Source: Octopus bimaculoides (taxonomy: Eukaryota). Taken from it: a DNA stretch of 64,000 nt. Made by a program: the position numbers and the translations under genes. Shown here piece by piece: positions 1-12,320 of the stretch (its first letter is position 1; each line of letters starts with the position of its first letter). The DNA lies in contig NC_068985.1 in NCBI RefSeq assembly GCF_001194135.2, positions 18,904,838 to 18,968,837 of the forward strand, in the 5' to 3' direction. Below the pieces are notes generated by a model. That model saw only the letters and a list, made by a program, of their open reading frames with translations. It did not search any database and was not told the origin of the DNA.

Positions 1-907
1 CTGTTATGGCAGGGTTTTACATGAACATTATTTTGCTAATAAATAAATTTTAATATTTTTTCTAATAAACATTTTTAATATGAAATGCTTTGCAAATAAT
101 ATGTATTAAATGGTTTGATTTTATACCAGAAAAAAGAAATGGCTAATCTCAACAATCTTTCCTTTCTCTTTTTGGATTTAGATATTTTTTTACAGAATTT
201 TAAACAGCACCCTTATTTATTGCATCATGTAGATATTCATAATACTTATCATCAACCCCTTGACATTACCTTCTTGAGTGCTAAGATTCGTGGGGCTGGT
301 TACCCTGTTTCCATGGTATATAATTGATTGAATCAGTCAAAGTCTGTGCAAAGATTCATTTCCAGTGATCAGAAAGGTGTGCAATCCTCCACCGCAAGGA
401 GGAAACCCAGGACAACTGGGGTTGGGGACAAGCTACAGCAAAAGCCTCCCACACTCACAGTAGCTATCAGATGCTGGAACAGACTCTGCTCTGGATTTGA
501 TGAAGGAGGGAAGGTAAAGCAGAGCTTCATCAACATCCTAGTTAACCTTAACTAGAAGACCTTAACAAGTGCTACAATTCTAAGTCAGAGTAGACCTAGG
601 ACCAATAGTGGTTAAGGGATGGTTCTACATTCCTCAAAACCCTGGAAACCCCATACCAGGGCCCTACTTCTGGATGAAGTTACACGACTGACTGAGACCA
701 CAATATTCCCCTGAAAAGGATGCCATTCTATTGCAGGATTACTTATTTTACAGTGGAGTAGACTGGAGCACCCTATCCAGGAATTGAAATCACAATCTTG
801 CTATAGTGGTTACAACACCCTAACCACCAGGCTACATGTCTTTAGTAGAGATTGGCCCTTTCTTCTTTCTAACAATACAACATTAAATATATCTAAAAGA
901 AGAATAC

Positions 908-1029
908 TTGTTGCGAAAACTCTGAATTTCTCTACGAATTTCTTCGGCACTCTTGGTTGCTCTATCCATTTCTTCTTTGAGGGAATCAATATGTTCATTG
1001 TATTTCTCCAAAGAGGATATAATAGCATC
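908..1029 (-). CDS. VPS18: VPS18 exon (DAIISSLEKYNEHIDSLKEEMDRATKSAEEIRREIQSFRN); gene continues left of the window
   Basis: Coiled-coil before the RING, aligns with human EAICSSLKAYNHHI..EMEEAT.SA..IR. The donor GTATTC is inferred because read-through stops after KYSSFRYI. Confidence 0.88.
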
Positions 1030-1643
1030 CTATAAAAGAGAAGAAAAGAAGAGGAAATGTATATGGAATCTGCATTTTTAGTACATTGTATAGTCTTGCT
1101 GAGACATTATCTTTTACTTGTTTTAATCATTGGAGCATGGCCATGCTGGGGTACCACCTAGAAATATTTTAGTCAAACAAAACAACCCCAGTACTTATGT
1201 TTTTTTTTTTAGTTTGGTACTTATCCTATCCTATCAGTCTCTTTTGCTGAACCACTAAGTTATGGGAATGTAAACAAGTAAACAAAACAATAGTAGTTGC
1301 CATGCAGTGGTGGGAGACAGACAGACACACACACGATGGCTTCTACATAATTTTCATTTACCAAATTCACTCACAAGGCATTGGGTGGCCCCCGTTTATT
1401 GTAGAAGAGACTTGCCCAAGGTGCTGCACAGTGGGACTGAATCTGAAACTACATGGTTACAAACCAAGCTTCTTAACCACACAGCCATACTTGTGCCTAT
1501 ATATATATAATCTTAGACTTTTCAATGATATACACCTGGTTTTTAAACACTAACAGTTACATTATACAATGATGCTTTTTAATTATGTTGATTACATTTA
1601 TACTGATATTTGAATGCAGTTTGGAATAATGTAATTTCCTAAC

Positions 1644-1771
1644 CTTGAAGTCATCAATAATAACAAAATCGTGAAAAAATGGTAAAATGTCTTCTATTTT
1701 CAGTAAATCACATTCTCGGAGAAACTCCATTGCTCTCTTCACATCTTTCTCTTCTTCTACAACATGCCGGG
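1644..1771 (-). CDS. VPS18: VPS18 exon (ARHVVEEEKDVKRAMEFLRECDLLKIEDILPFFHDFVIIDDFK)
   Basis: LLKIEDILPFF.DFV.ID.FK motif. Confidence 0.97.
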
Positions 1772-3080
1772 CTGAAAAGTAAAAAAATTTATGGGAAACG
1801 AAAGAAAGACTTGGTTTTAAATGATGTAAGCCTGGCTTTGAAACATTAACAATTACAGTATATTTTGTTAATATAAGAAAAATCCTATAAATCAATAAGG
1901 AACTATCTATATATTGATATAGTGTTCCTTTAGTGATGAAAGCAACATGTTCCAGCTTTGTGACAAAAGTGATAGGACTACCAGAAATATGTTTTTAACT
2001 TATTTTTTCCCATTTTCTTATTAAGTTTTTTGAGTGAAGAACTATGCCAGTGGAGTGCAAACTCCTGGAAGTGTCTCCCATGCTGGACAGGTCAAAGAAC
2101 AAAGGCCATACTAATATAGACCACCTCTTCCCAGAGGTAAAAATGGATTTGCATAGGATCAAGTGCCTATCGAGAAAAAAGCACAGTCACAGAAATGTAA
2201 ATAACAATTCTAAATCAAGCCTATGGTCATTGCACAGTTTAAATGAATAGAATTAACACTGAATATTTGTAGTCAAGTTGTAAAAGCCAAAATAATTCAA
2301 TTTTTTTTTTTGTTTCGTAAGGATAATCAATTTTGCTTCCCAAACTACAACATGTTTTATAATTTTAATTAATATGACTACTGACCGAGACCTTTGGAAA
2401 TATGCTGTGCGTGAGAAGACCCGGCAAGCCAAGTGAGATCGTTGCCAGTGCCCCTGGACTGGCTCTTGTGCGGGTGGCACATAAGATGTACCATCCTGAG
2501 CGTGACCGTTGCCAGTACCGCCTGACTGGCCTTGTAGGGTTTTCGAGCGAGATCGTTGCCAGTGCCCCTGGACTGGCTCTTGTGCNNNNNNNNNNNNNNN
2601 NNNNNNNNNNNNNNNNNNNNNNNNNNNNNNNNNNNNNNNNNNNNNNNNNNNNNNNNNNNNNNNNNNNNNNNNNNNNNNNNNNNNNNNNNNNNNNNNNNNN
2701 NNNNNNNNNNNNNNNNNNNNNNNNNNNNNNNNNNNNNNNNNNNNNNNNNNNNNNNNNNNNNNNNNNNNNNNNNNNNNNNNNNNNNNNNNNNNNNNNNNNN
2801 NNNNNNNNNNNNNNNNNNNNNNNNNNNNNNNNNNNNNNNNATAAAAGACACCATTTCGAGCATGGCCGTTTTCGTGCGGGTGACACGTAAAAGCACCCAC
2901 TACACTCTCTGAGTGGTTGGCGTTAGGAAGGGCATCCAGCTGTAGAAACTCTGCCAAATTAGATTGGAGCCTGGTGTAGCCATACGGTTGTACCAGTCCT
3001 CAGTCAAATCGTCCAACCCATGCTAGCATGGAAAGCGGACGTTAACGATGATGATGATGATGATGATGTAAACATGCAAA

Positions 3081-3472
3081 TTGTTGTTGCTGTTGACACT
3101 CCGTCGCTTACAACGTCGAGGGTTCCAGTCGATCCGATCAATGGAACAGCCTGCTCGTTAAATTAACGTGCAAGTGGCTGAGCACTCCACAGACACGTGT
3201 ACCCTTAACATAGTTCTCGGGGATATTCAGCGTGACACAGTGTGACAAGGCTGGCCCTTTGAATTACAGGCACAACAGAAACAGGAAGTAAGAGTGAAAG
3301 AAAGTTGTGGTGGAAGAGTACAGCAGGGTTCGCCACCATCCCCTGCTGGAGCCTCGTGGAGCTTTAGGCGTTTTCGCTCAATAAACACTCACAATGCCCG
3401 GTCTGGGAATCGAAACCGCGATCCTATGACCGCGAGTCCGCTGCGCTAACCACTGGGCCATTGCGCCTCCAC
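3081..3472 (-). mobile_element. tRNA-derived SINE, full length
   Basis: tRNA-like head GTGGAGGCGCAATGGCCCAGTGGTTAG..GGTTTCGATTCCC; 12-bp target duplication AAACATGCAAAT; (CAA)n-like tail. Confidence 0.85.
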
Positions 3473-3504
3473 AAACATGCAAATATACATAATGAAAAAG
3501 TTAC

Positions 3505-3589
3505 CAATTTTCAGCCACAGCTTCTTTCGTAGTTCATAATCTTCTTCGTCTGGTTTTGATGCTTGCTCTTTAGCTAGATCAACATTTAT
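3505..3589 (-). CDS. VPS18: VPS18 exon (INVDLAKEQASKPDEEDYELRKKLWLKI)
   Basis: ELRKKLWLKI matches the human motif. Confidence 0.97.
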
Positions 3590-3850
3590 CTGATGGTAAA
3601 AATAACAACGATGACAATAATTGTTTCAAATTTTGGTACAAGTGCCTAAGATATCAGTAACTGCTACAGTTTTGTTTCATGAAATATCTTAATGATTAAG
3701 TTATTCAGCTCCTGTTTTAATTAACACAAGAGAAAGTTATTGAGATAATTCGTATTTTTTTTATTATTTCAATATCTACAAAATGCAGATGTTTATTTGG
3801 GTTTATCTGCTTGGTAGTCAATTTAGAGTATTTTTTGTAAATGTACTTAC

Positions 3851-3982
3851 AGTAAGAGCTAATTCCACTGCTTCTTCATACAATCCCATCACAGAATATA
3901 TATGGACACATGCTTCCTTATGATTCAGCTCCAAACAAAGTCTGAGAGCATATTTGAGATCATAGCAAACATGATCCGGGTC
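3851..3982 (-). CDS. VPS18: VPS18 exon (DPDHVCYDLKYALRLCLELNHKEACVHIYSVMGLYEEAVELALT)
   Basis: YDLKYALRLC, ACVH and LYEEAV motifs. Confidence 0.97.
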
Positions 3983-4209
3983 CTTTGGTATAGAAGAAAA
4001 AAAAATAACAGAAGAGGTTTCATTATTTCAAAGTTTATGAATAAGATTGAGATTTGAAACTACATAGATCTAGATAAAAGAGAGTTTGTAGATGACAAGA
4101 TAACATGCAAAACAAGAGTTGTGGATATTAAAATTTATGTGAAGACCAACTTAATCATCTTCAACGTTAATATTTTAAAACCTAGTTTTCATAAAAGCAA
4201 AGCAAAATA

Positions 4210-4529
4210 TTGCGGAGATGTACTTGCATAGCAAGTGACCTGATCTGAGATCGTGTGCTGGAATGAAAACAATTGCAGCATGGAAGGTGTTTATAAGCCA
4301 TTTAAGAAACACACAAAAACTGTTAGATTCACTTCAACATTTAAATTTAATTCGTCGCTTTGAGACCACGACCTGTTCACTGACAAAATTCTGTGCTGTA
4401 TCTCAGTGAACAGGTCACGGTCTCAAAGCGACGAAAATATTTTGACAAATTAAATTTAAATGTTGACGTGAATCTAACGGTTTTTGTGTTATTTTAAATG
4501 GCTTATAAACACCTTCCATGCTGCAATTG
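4210..4529. mobile_element. Fold-back insertion, possibly the terminal region of a Penelope-like element
   Basis: Inverted arms about 4270-4383 and 4403-4529; 12-bp direct repeat CAAAGCAAAATA at 4198-4209 and 4530-4541. Confidence 0.65.
4403..4449 (+). ncRNA. Hammerhead-ribozyme-like motif (minimal type I, G3:C8 core variant), stem I truncated in this copy
   Basis: TCA-GTGAACA-G-GTCAC-loop-GCGAC-GAA-AATATT-T-TGA; a partial inverted copy at 4351-4390 supplies the full stem I strand TTTGTCA. Confidence 0.5.
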
Positions 4530-4690
4530 CAAAGCAAAATAGTAATGGTATAAAATAAACCTGATATATTACAAAATAAATAAATGAACACAAAAGCAGT
4601 GATGATAAATCTATTAGTTATGTAAAGACCAAACAAGTTACAGACAATAATTGAAGATAGTGTAATTATGAGAATATTGTGCCAGCTTAC

Positions 4691-4831
4691 CTGCCCTTGA
4701 CTTGATAGATAAACCATGAGTTGACCAGCTTGTAGCCTAGCATATAGTGATAACAAATAGTTGTGTATTGGAGGGTCTCTTACATCCAGCTCTTCAACAC
4801 AAAACTTCAAGTATTGTATGGCTTGATTTCC
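4691..4831 (-). CDS. VPS18: VPS18 exon (GNQAIQYLKFCVEELDVRDPPIHNYLLSLYARLQAGQLMVYLSSQGQ)
   Basis: IHNYLLSLYAR matches the human motif; gtaagc donor. Confidence 0.97.
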
Positions 4832-4949
4832 CTATAGAACAATAAAATGTTTCAAAACATATAAAAGATTTCTATAAGTAAAACGTTACTCCCAGTTATG
4901 TTTGTTTTCTCATGCTGGCATGGATTGGACTGGTTCAAAATACAGAATC

Positions 4950-5270
4950 CTCTGGAGTGTATTTAGGACTGTGGAGTACATGCGGTACTATAGAATGGAT
5001 GTGAACTTGGAGCTGTGGTTAGGAGTGTATTAAGCGTTTGTGCAGTGTATTTAAAGGCAGTGAAGTGTATCTAGGGCTGTTGAGTGTATTTAAGGGCTAT
5101 AGAATGTATATAAGGACAAAAGAGTGTTTAATTGCTGTGGAGTGTACTTAGGAATGTAGTGTGTATGTTTAAGAACTCTGGTGTGTATTCAAGGCTGAGG
5201 AGTGTATTTAAGGGCTTCAGAGTGTACTCAAGGTTTTTCAAGATATTAAAGTGCTACAGGGTGTACTTAA
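4950..5270 (+). repeat. Degenerate minisatellite, unit about 20 bp (GAGTGTATTTAAGGGCTGTG-like)
   Basis: GAGTGTA recurs at about 20-bp spacing. Confidence 0.7.
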
Positions 5271-6746
5271 GTTTATAATGTTAATAATTGTTCAGGATTA
5301 ACTGTTAGGAGACTACAAGGCTGATCTATTGGCCAAAAAGTCAAATGATGAAGAAGATTGCATTAGTTCATTCAATTTCCTACAAGAATATATATAGTTT
5401 TATATATGTAAAGTAATTACTTTATTTTTTAGAATTTTTTGGGGAAAAATAAGAGCATGCCCTCTGTTGGGATTCTGAAAAGGGCTCTGTTTTCTTGGCA
5501 CTGAAGCTCCAAATCAGGCTTTGTCTCCAAAGGGTTAAATAGCATTTTGGACTTTAAAAAACAAACCAAATCTCTTTGATCATGCTTAGAATGGTGGTCC
5601 TCGATAGATGATAGCTACTAGTCCATGTATAGAATAGTATCTTTTAAATTGATGCGTGGATCTATACTGCCATTCTCTTAACTAGACATCATCTGAATTT
5701 TGTTTTAAATATTACAGAATTCCAAAATATCAACTGGAAGACAATGAATATCTTTATTGATTTAACAGATGTATATCAATCAGAAGTTGCTCACAATAAA
5801 TGGAGAGAGACAGAGGGATGGAGGGAGAGTGTGTTACTATAAATAAAAATGCATCTAATTAATGGTAAGTAATAAAGAAGTAAATTGAGGCCATGAAAAG
5901 GGTCATAAGCATTGCCCTTCCTCCTTTGGCTAAACCATTAAAAGTAAGACATAGTTCGAAATTAAACAAAGAAAGGAAAAAGATATTAGCAAAAGATCAG
6001 ACTGTTTGACTGCTGTTACAAAGCTGAGGTTTTAAGTGCTAACTGAGAGCAGACACCTTTAACATATCTGATTTCTCTTTGTTTAAGGTAACAGAAGATC
6101 ATTATTTAGTAACAATAATAATGATATAGAAAACAATGTACATAAATTCTGGAAATAGATTTCTCTGATTTCATTAACAAAGGTAGTTCATTTATAGAGT
6201 TTCAGCAAACAGGACAAATTTTCTACAATACTCTGAATATTTTTTAAATAGTCAAAACTGAAAATGATGTCTGCTTCCAATATTTACTTTAATCCAAACA
6301 TTTTCTCTTCATCACCATCATTTAATGTCTGTTTTCCAAGCTGGCATGGGTTGAGTGGTTTGACAAGAGCTGGCAAAGCTAGGGTCTCCAGAGCCTGTTC
6401 TTGGCTTGGTTTCTACAGCTGGATGCCCTTCTTAATGCCAACCACTAAACAGAGTGTACTGGGTACTTTTTACATGGCATATCACCAGTGCATTTAATAT
6501 GGCACCAGCACCAGTGCTTTTTACATGGCATTTTCTGTTGAGGCATCCTAAAAGAACTCTTAAATAAAAGTTTTCATGGAGTAAAGCATACTACCACTGC
6601 TAGCAAATGCACCATACTTAACATGGTGGGTCTGTAGGTTGGCTTAATGTGTTCAACTGAGTATTTTTCTTTTTTCCATCTTTTGTTTAACTTGGAAAAA
6701 AAAAAAATCAAAGAATATAAATTTTTCTTGTTAATAATATACTTAC

Positions 6747-6902
6747 TTGCTCATTGTGTTTTTTACTGTCATATTGCACCAGTGATGGAATTAATCTTTT
6801 AGGATCAAGCTTATTGCGTTGTTTCTTCCAAGACTTGACTGTTTCAACAGGGATATGCTGCATAAGAACTGGGGAAAATTTATAGAAGAGCTCCATTTGA
6901 TT
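6747..6902 (-). CDS. VPS18: VPS18 exon (NQMELFYKFSPVLMQHIPVETVKSWKKQRNKLDPKRLIPSLVQYDSKKHNEQ)
   Basis: LFYKFSP.L and LIPSLVQY motifs of the clathrin-repeat region. Confidence 0.97.
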
Positions 6903-8046
6903 CTGTCAATGTTTAAAAGAGAAAAACATATTTGATAAAAAAAAAAAAAAACTTGCAATGTATGTCAGAATGCATAAAAATATTTATTTTACTAATAGTT
7001 ATCAAAGGCAATAATGACTACAAAAATGAATTAGATATGGAATTAAAACAATCCCTTCTGTTTTTTATGAGTGATTGTTAAAAATTTTAACAAAATTGCA
7101 ATGTACTCTCTCTCTCTCTTTCATTCACACACACACACACACACAAAATCAGGGTGCAGAGAGCTGGAACAAATACTGCAAGCCATTTTGTCCTCTGCTT
7201 TAATGACTTAGCTTATTTCCATCAAAGACATGCAGCAATCATGCTACAAAACAAGCATTTTGGATTCAAAGCAATATTATGAAGTAAATAACAAAATTAC
7301 CGTATTTACTTGTGTGTAGGTTGCACCCCTAATTTAGTGTTAAATCTTAGTACAAAAATTATTTTCCCCTCACAGTTTTAGCTCTGTCCAATGTACAAGT
7401 CACGCCCCGATTTTTTCAGTTAAAATTAAATATAAATAGTGTGACTTTTACACAAGTAAATATGGGAAGTAAAAGAGTGTGAATTCATGATAAATTTATG
7501 AATTAATATGTTTAATTTACTTCAACTGCAGCAAAATTATATTCTATAAGCAATTAAATGTTTTATATATACTTTATAATTTATCTATATTTCACAAATA
7601 AAATTTTCTTTTTGTCATAGCAGCTCTTACAAAAAGCAAATTAAGATAAAAAGGCTTTGATTAGGATTAATAAACAAAGGATTAATCTGAAACCAAAAGA
7701 TTTTCCAAACAATTATTATACTGTCTGCAAAAAAAATAGTTATATGGAAGAAGGACATTTTTTATAATGTCATCTAAATTTACATCACTGAAGATATCAT
7801 TCCCTAACTCCAAGAATGGTGTCTTTCAACCTTCATTTGGATTACTTAATGAATAGATATAAAATTCAATTTTCAATGAAAGAATTCAACAATATTATTT
7901 ACTGTTTTTGAGTGCTATTGTAGGAATGAACAAATAATGAATGCTAATATTTATAAACTAAATACAGATATACACATAAATAAATAAATAACTCATATAT
8001 ATATATACATACACATACACACACATACACNNNNNNNNNNNNNNNN

Positions 8047-8107
<61 letters not shown>

Positions 8108-9083
8108 CACACACACACACAGATATATACAAGGGGGTGCTGAAAAATTCCTGGCTTTGGGTTAAAGAAAATATAAGACAATCAGTTAATCATGATTTTA
8201 TTGAACATATTCACCTCTCAGATTCACACACTGATGCTGGCATGGGTTAGACAGTTTGACAGGAGCCAGCCAGCTGTCCAGACTCCAATTGTATCCTGTG
8301 GCATGGTTTCTATGGCTGCATGCCCTTACTAATGCCAACCACTTTGCAGAATGTGCAGGATACTTTTTATGTGCCACTGTCACAGGTGTGTTTATGCAGC
8401 ACTGGCATGCATGCATTTTACAGGTGCACCAGCACCTGTAAAGGACAAGCCTGTATGTATGGATGACATCAATTTTACTTAGCTTGACATGTCTTAACAA
8501 GTACAGCAATTCACCGCATCTCCCAGTCCCTTGTCATTTCCTCAATGACGCCCAGCATCTGAAGATCCTTTCTCACCACTTCATCCCATGTCTTCCTGGG
8601 TCTACTCCTTCTACAAGTTCCCTTCACAATTACAGCTCAGCACTTTTTTATGCAGCTGTCCTCATCCATACACATCACATGATCAAACCAGTCTTCTCTC
8701 CTGCACACAACATCTGATGCCTCTTATGTCCAGTTTCCCTCTTAAATCCTTTATACTCTGTTGTTTTATTCAACATGGTTTCGTGTGACATTATTTATTG
8801 ATATAGATGAGAGTATCAAAAGTGAGTAGACTTTTAAATGAATTAACAAGAATATCAATTTTTAGGTGGTGCTCCAGCATGGCCACAGTCAAATGACTGA
8901 AACAAGTAAAAGAGTATATTTCTACTAGGCATTTTTATTGATTACTAAGTCGTCGTCATCATCATTGTTGTTTAACGTCTGTTTTCCATGCTGGCATGGG
9001 TTGGATGATTTGACTGAGGTCTGGAAAGCCAGCAGCTGCACCAGGCTCCAATCTGATCTGGCAATGTTTCTACGGCTGGATGC

Positions 9084-9355
9084 TGTAGCTCTGCTATATC
9101 CTTATGGATAAATGAATACACTGCAACAGTGTAATAACAATATAATCGAAACAAACGGCAGTAACCACACGGACTGTAACAACAATCTTTTAAGAACCGA
9201 CAATCCAACAAGCTAACTCGAACTGTAAACTTTTAATTCCAACTTTGAACTATCAACACACGAACTGTGAAACCTGCACTAACTACTTCACTTATTCAGG
9301 CCGCTACTATTGACATGTAGTGGTCTAGTCCATACTTGCCAGGGGGCGTTGTACA
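9084..9355 (-). mobile_element. Possible solo LTR
   Basis: TGTA..TACA termini, CpG-retaining, internal ATTAAA; no clean target duplication. Confidence 0.4.
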
Positions 9356-9380
9356 CTTGCACAACAAGTTTAATACTTAC

Positions 9381-9454
9381 TTGTTCATTGAGTACCTCGA
9401 GGGCAACTTTGTAGTACTCATGTTGAATATAATGACTTATTACTCTCTCAAAAT
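9381..9454 (-). CDS. VPS18: VPS18 exon (DFERVISHYIQHEYYKVALEVLNEQ)
   Basis: Aligns with human DYERVVAYHCQHEAYEEALAVL; gtaagt donor. Confidence 0.95.
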
Positions 9455-10590
9455 CTGAAAAATAAAAGTAAAGAAATACTTTGATGGTCTCTTTAAATGT
9501 CAAATGACAACCACGGTAAAGTAAGTTACTGAATCTATCACACATCTATTTACTCTTGAATTGTCCAATTATAATTGTTATAAGGACGGCGAGCTGGCAG
9601 AATCGTTAGCACACTGGGCAAAAGGCTTAGCAGCATTTCGCCTGTCTCTACATTTTGAGTTCAAATTCTGCCGAGGTTGACTTTGCCTTTTATGCTTTCA
9701 GGGTCGATAAATTAAGTACCAATGGAACACTGGGGTCGATGTAATCGACTAGTCCCCTCACCCAAAATTGCAGGCCCTGTGCCTATAGTAGAAAGGATTA
9801 TCATTATTATCATTATTATCATTATTATTATTATTACTATTACTATTAATAAGAGTTATGGATAATATGTAAGAATGGATAAAATAAAAAAATGACTGGT
9901 AAGAATACATACACACACAAACACAAATATGTTTTGAGCTTGAAAGATTGCAGGATAGTACATGGCATGCTATATAAGCTTGTCTGAATACTGTACTATC
10001 AGAGCATGAAACTTCTGGTGGTTCACATCTAAATTCCATCATCATCATCATTTAATGTCCATTTTCCATGCTGGCATGGGCTGGATGCTCAGGAGCTGGC
10101 AAGTTAAAAAGCTGTGCCAAACTCTGTCTGCTTTGGCACGATTTCTACATCTGGATGCCCTTCCTAATACAAACATGTTTATCAAATTATATAGATTCTT
10201 TATTCTTTTGTTTCAGTTATTTGACTGCAGCCATGCTGGAGCAGTGCCTTTAGTCGAACAAATCAAGCCCAGGACTTATTCTTTGTAAGCCTAGTACTTA
10301 ATCTATTGGTCTCTTTTGCTGAACCGCTAAGTTACAGGGATGTAAACACACCAGCATTGGTTGTCAAGCAATGGTGGGGGGACAAACACAGACACAGACA
10401 CACACGATGGGCTTCTTTCAGCTTCTATCTACCAAATCCACTCACAAGGCTTTGGTCAGCCCAAGGCTACAGTAGAAGAATGCTAGCCCAAGGTGCCATG
10501 CAGTGGGACTGAACCCAGAACCATGTGGTCAGGAAGCAAGCTTCTTACCACACAGCCATGCTGTGCAACCCATGCTAGCATGGAAAGTGG

Positions 10591-10599
10591 ACGTTAAAC

Positions 10600-10665
<66 letters not shown>
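10591..10665 (+). repeat. (GAT)n microsatellite expanded from an RTE tail
   Basis: Uninterrupted GAT run after GGACGTTAAAC. Confidence 0.95.
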
Positions 10666-10667
<2 letters not shown>

Positions 10668-10866
10668 AAAATTATAATTTAGGGTATCTAAGAGATACCG
10701 CCACGCTGAAAATAGCAGTTAAATCTTGACTCTAAACCACAATAAATGTTCATGTAGCACCAGNNNNNNNNNNNNNNNNNNNNNNNNNNNNNNNNNNNNN
10801 NNNNNNNNNNNNNNNNNNNNNNNNNNNNNNNNNNNNNNNNNNNNNNNNNNNNNNNNNNNNNNNNNN

Positions 10867-10904
<38 letters not shown>

Positions 10905-11807
10905 AATGATAGAAGTTGAAAGGTCTGAATGAAAAGACTACAATTAAAAAGTTTTTTGTGACGAGAAGGAAGCGTGGATAAACATAACTTAAACATTGGA
11001 GGTAAATTTGAAACACAAGAGCAAGAGTTGTCAAATATTTTCATACCATCGAAGATTTTAGTTTGGAATAGAAATAGAAAAGAAGTAGGAGGGGGAGATC
11101 TTGATTAAAAAGTAAAAACGTATTATAAAGAACAATAAAATGGAACTTGTTTTATTACACAGTGATATTCACACTTAAATATTGATTTTAAATTTTGGCA
11201 CAAGGCCAGCTATTTGGGGGGAGGAGGCAAGTTGATTACATTGATCTCAGCACTCAACTGGTACTTATTTTACCAACACCAGAAGGATGAAAGGCAACGC
11301 CAACCTCGGTGGAACTTGAACTCAGAATCTAAAAACAGATGTAGTGTCACAAAGCATCTTGCCCAGTGTGCTAACGATCCTGTCAGCTCGCTGCCTTATT
11401 CACACTTAAACACTGCAATTTAAATGTGAATGTCATTTTTAAAAAAATAAAAAAAAATCAAGGAAATTTAGCTTTCTATTCAGTAAAAAATAAATTGATA
11501 AATAGTAATATTCGGAGCTACTTTAACATGGTTGCCTGAGCGAACTCTACTGCGATTTTTTAACCCCAAGAGAACACCTCTAGCTGGTTAACGATGCACA
11601 GCTGCCTCTGATAAAATTGGGAGCAGGGGAGCGAACCCCTAAAATCTCCTAATCTCTTAGATTAAATAAATTTAAAAAACTTCAAAACTGATTACTATTA
11701 AATTGGAGTTTGAACAAGAATTAAAACTAGGGTTGATATTTAAATGTTTTCATGATGTTAAGAAAATGAAATGAAATTTAAAAAACAAAACAAAAAGACA
11801 TAATTAC

Positions 11808-11901
11808 CTTTCATTAACCTGGCAAAATACATCAAGTCTTCAACATCACCATGGCTAGCAATCAGGTCATAAATAACTTGCCGGTTGTTACATACACATT
11901 C
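11808..11901 (-). CDS. VPS18: VPS18 exon (ECVCNNRQVIYDLIASHGDVEDLMYFARLMK)
   Basis: LIASHGD..YFA matches human LLASHGDTEHMVYFA. Confidence 0.95.
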
Positions 11902-12320
11902 CTGAAAATATATTGTTGTATTAGACAGTTGACCTTTGACACAGATTTAGTTTCCAACCTGCTTGTTTCTATACAATGACTCTACTACATCAGTCAGATT
12001 ATGGGTTTACATATAATTGAGGTTGCAATTCCATATTGGAAAAAATTAAGTTTTAACTAAGTAATCATCTCTGTAAATTGAATTTGTATGATTTAGTTGA
12101 TTGTGTGCAGGTATGGCTGCATGGTGAACAAGTTTGTTTTGCAACCATGTGGATTTGGTTTCAATCCAACTGCATGGCATCTACGGCAAGGGTCTTCTAC
12201 TATAGCCTTGGGCTGACCAATGTCTTGTCAGTGAAATTTGGTAGTCAGAAATTGTATGGCTGGCTGGCTGGCGTGAGTTTGACTTTTTATCTCATTGATA
12301 TTGCTATGGTGGTATTGATA

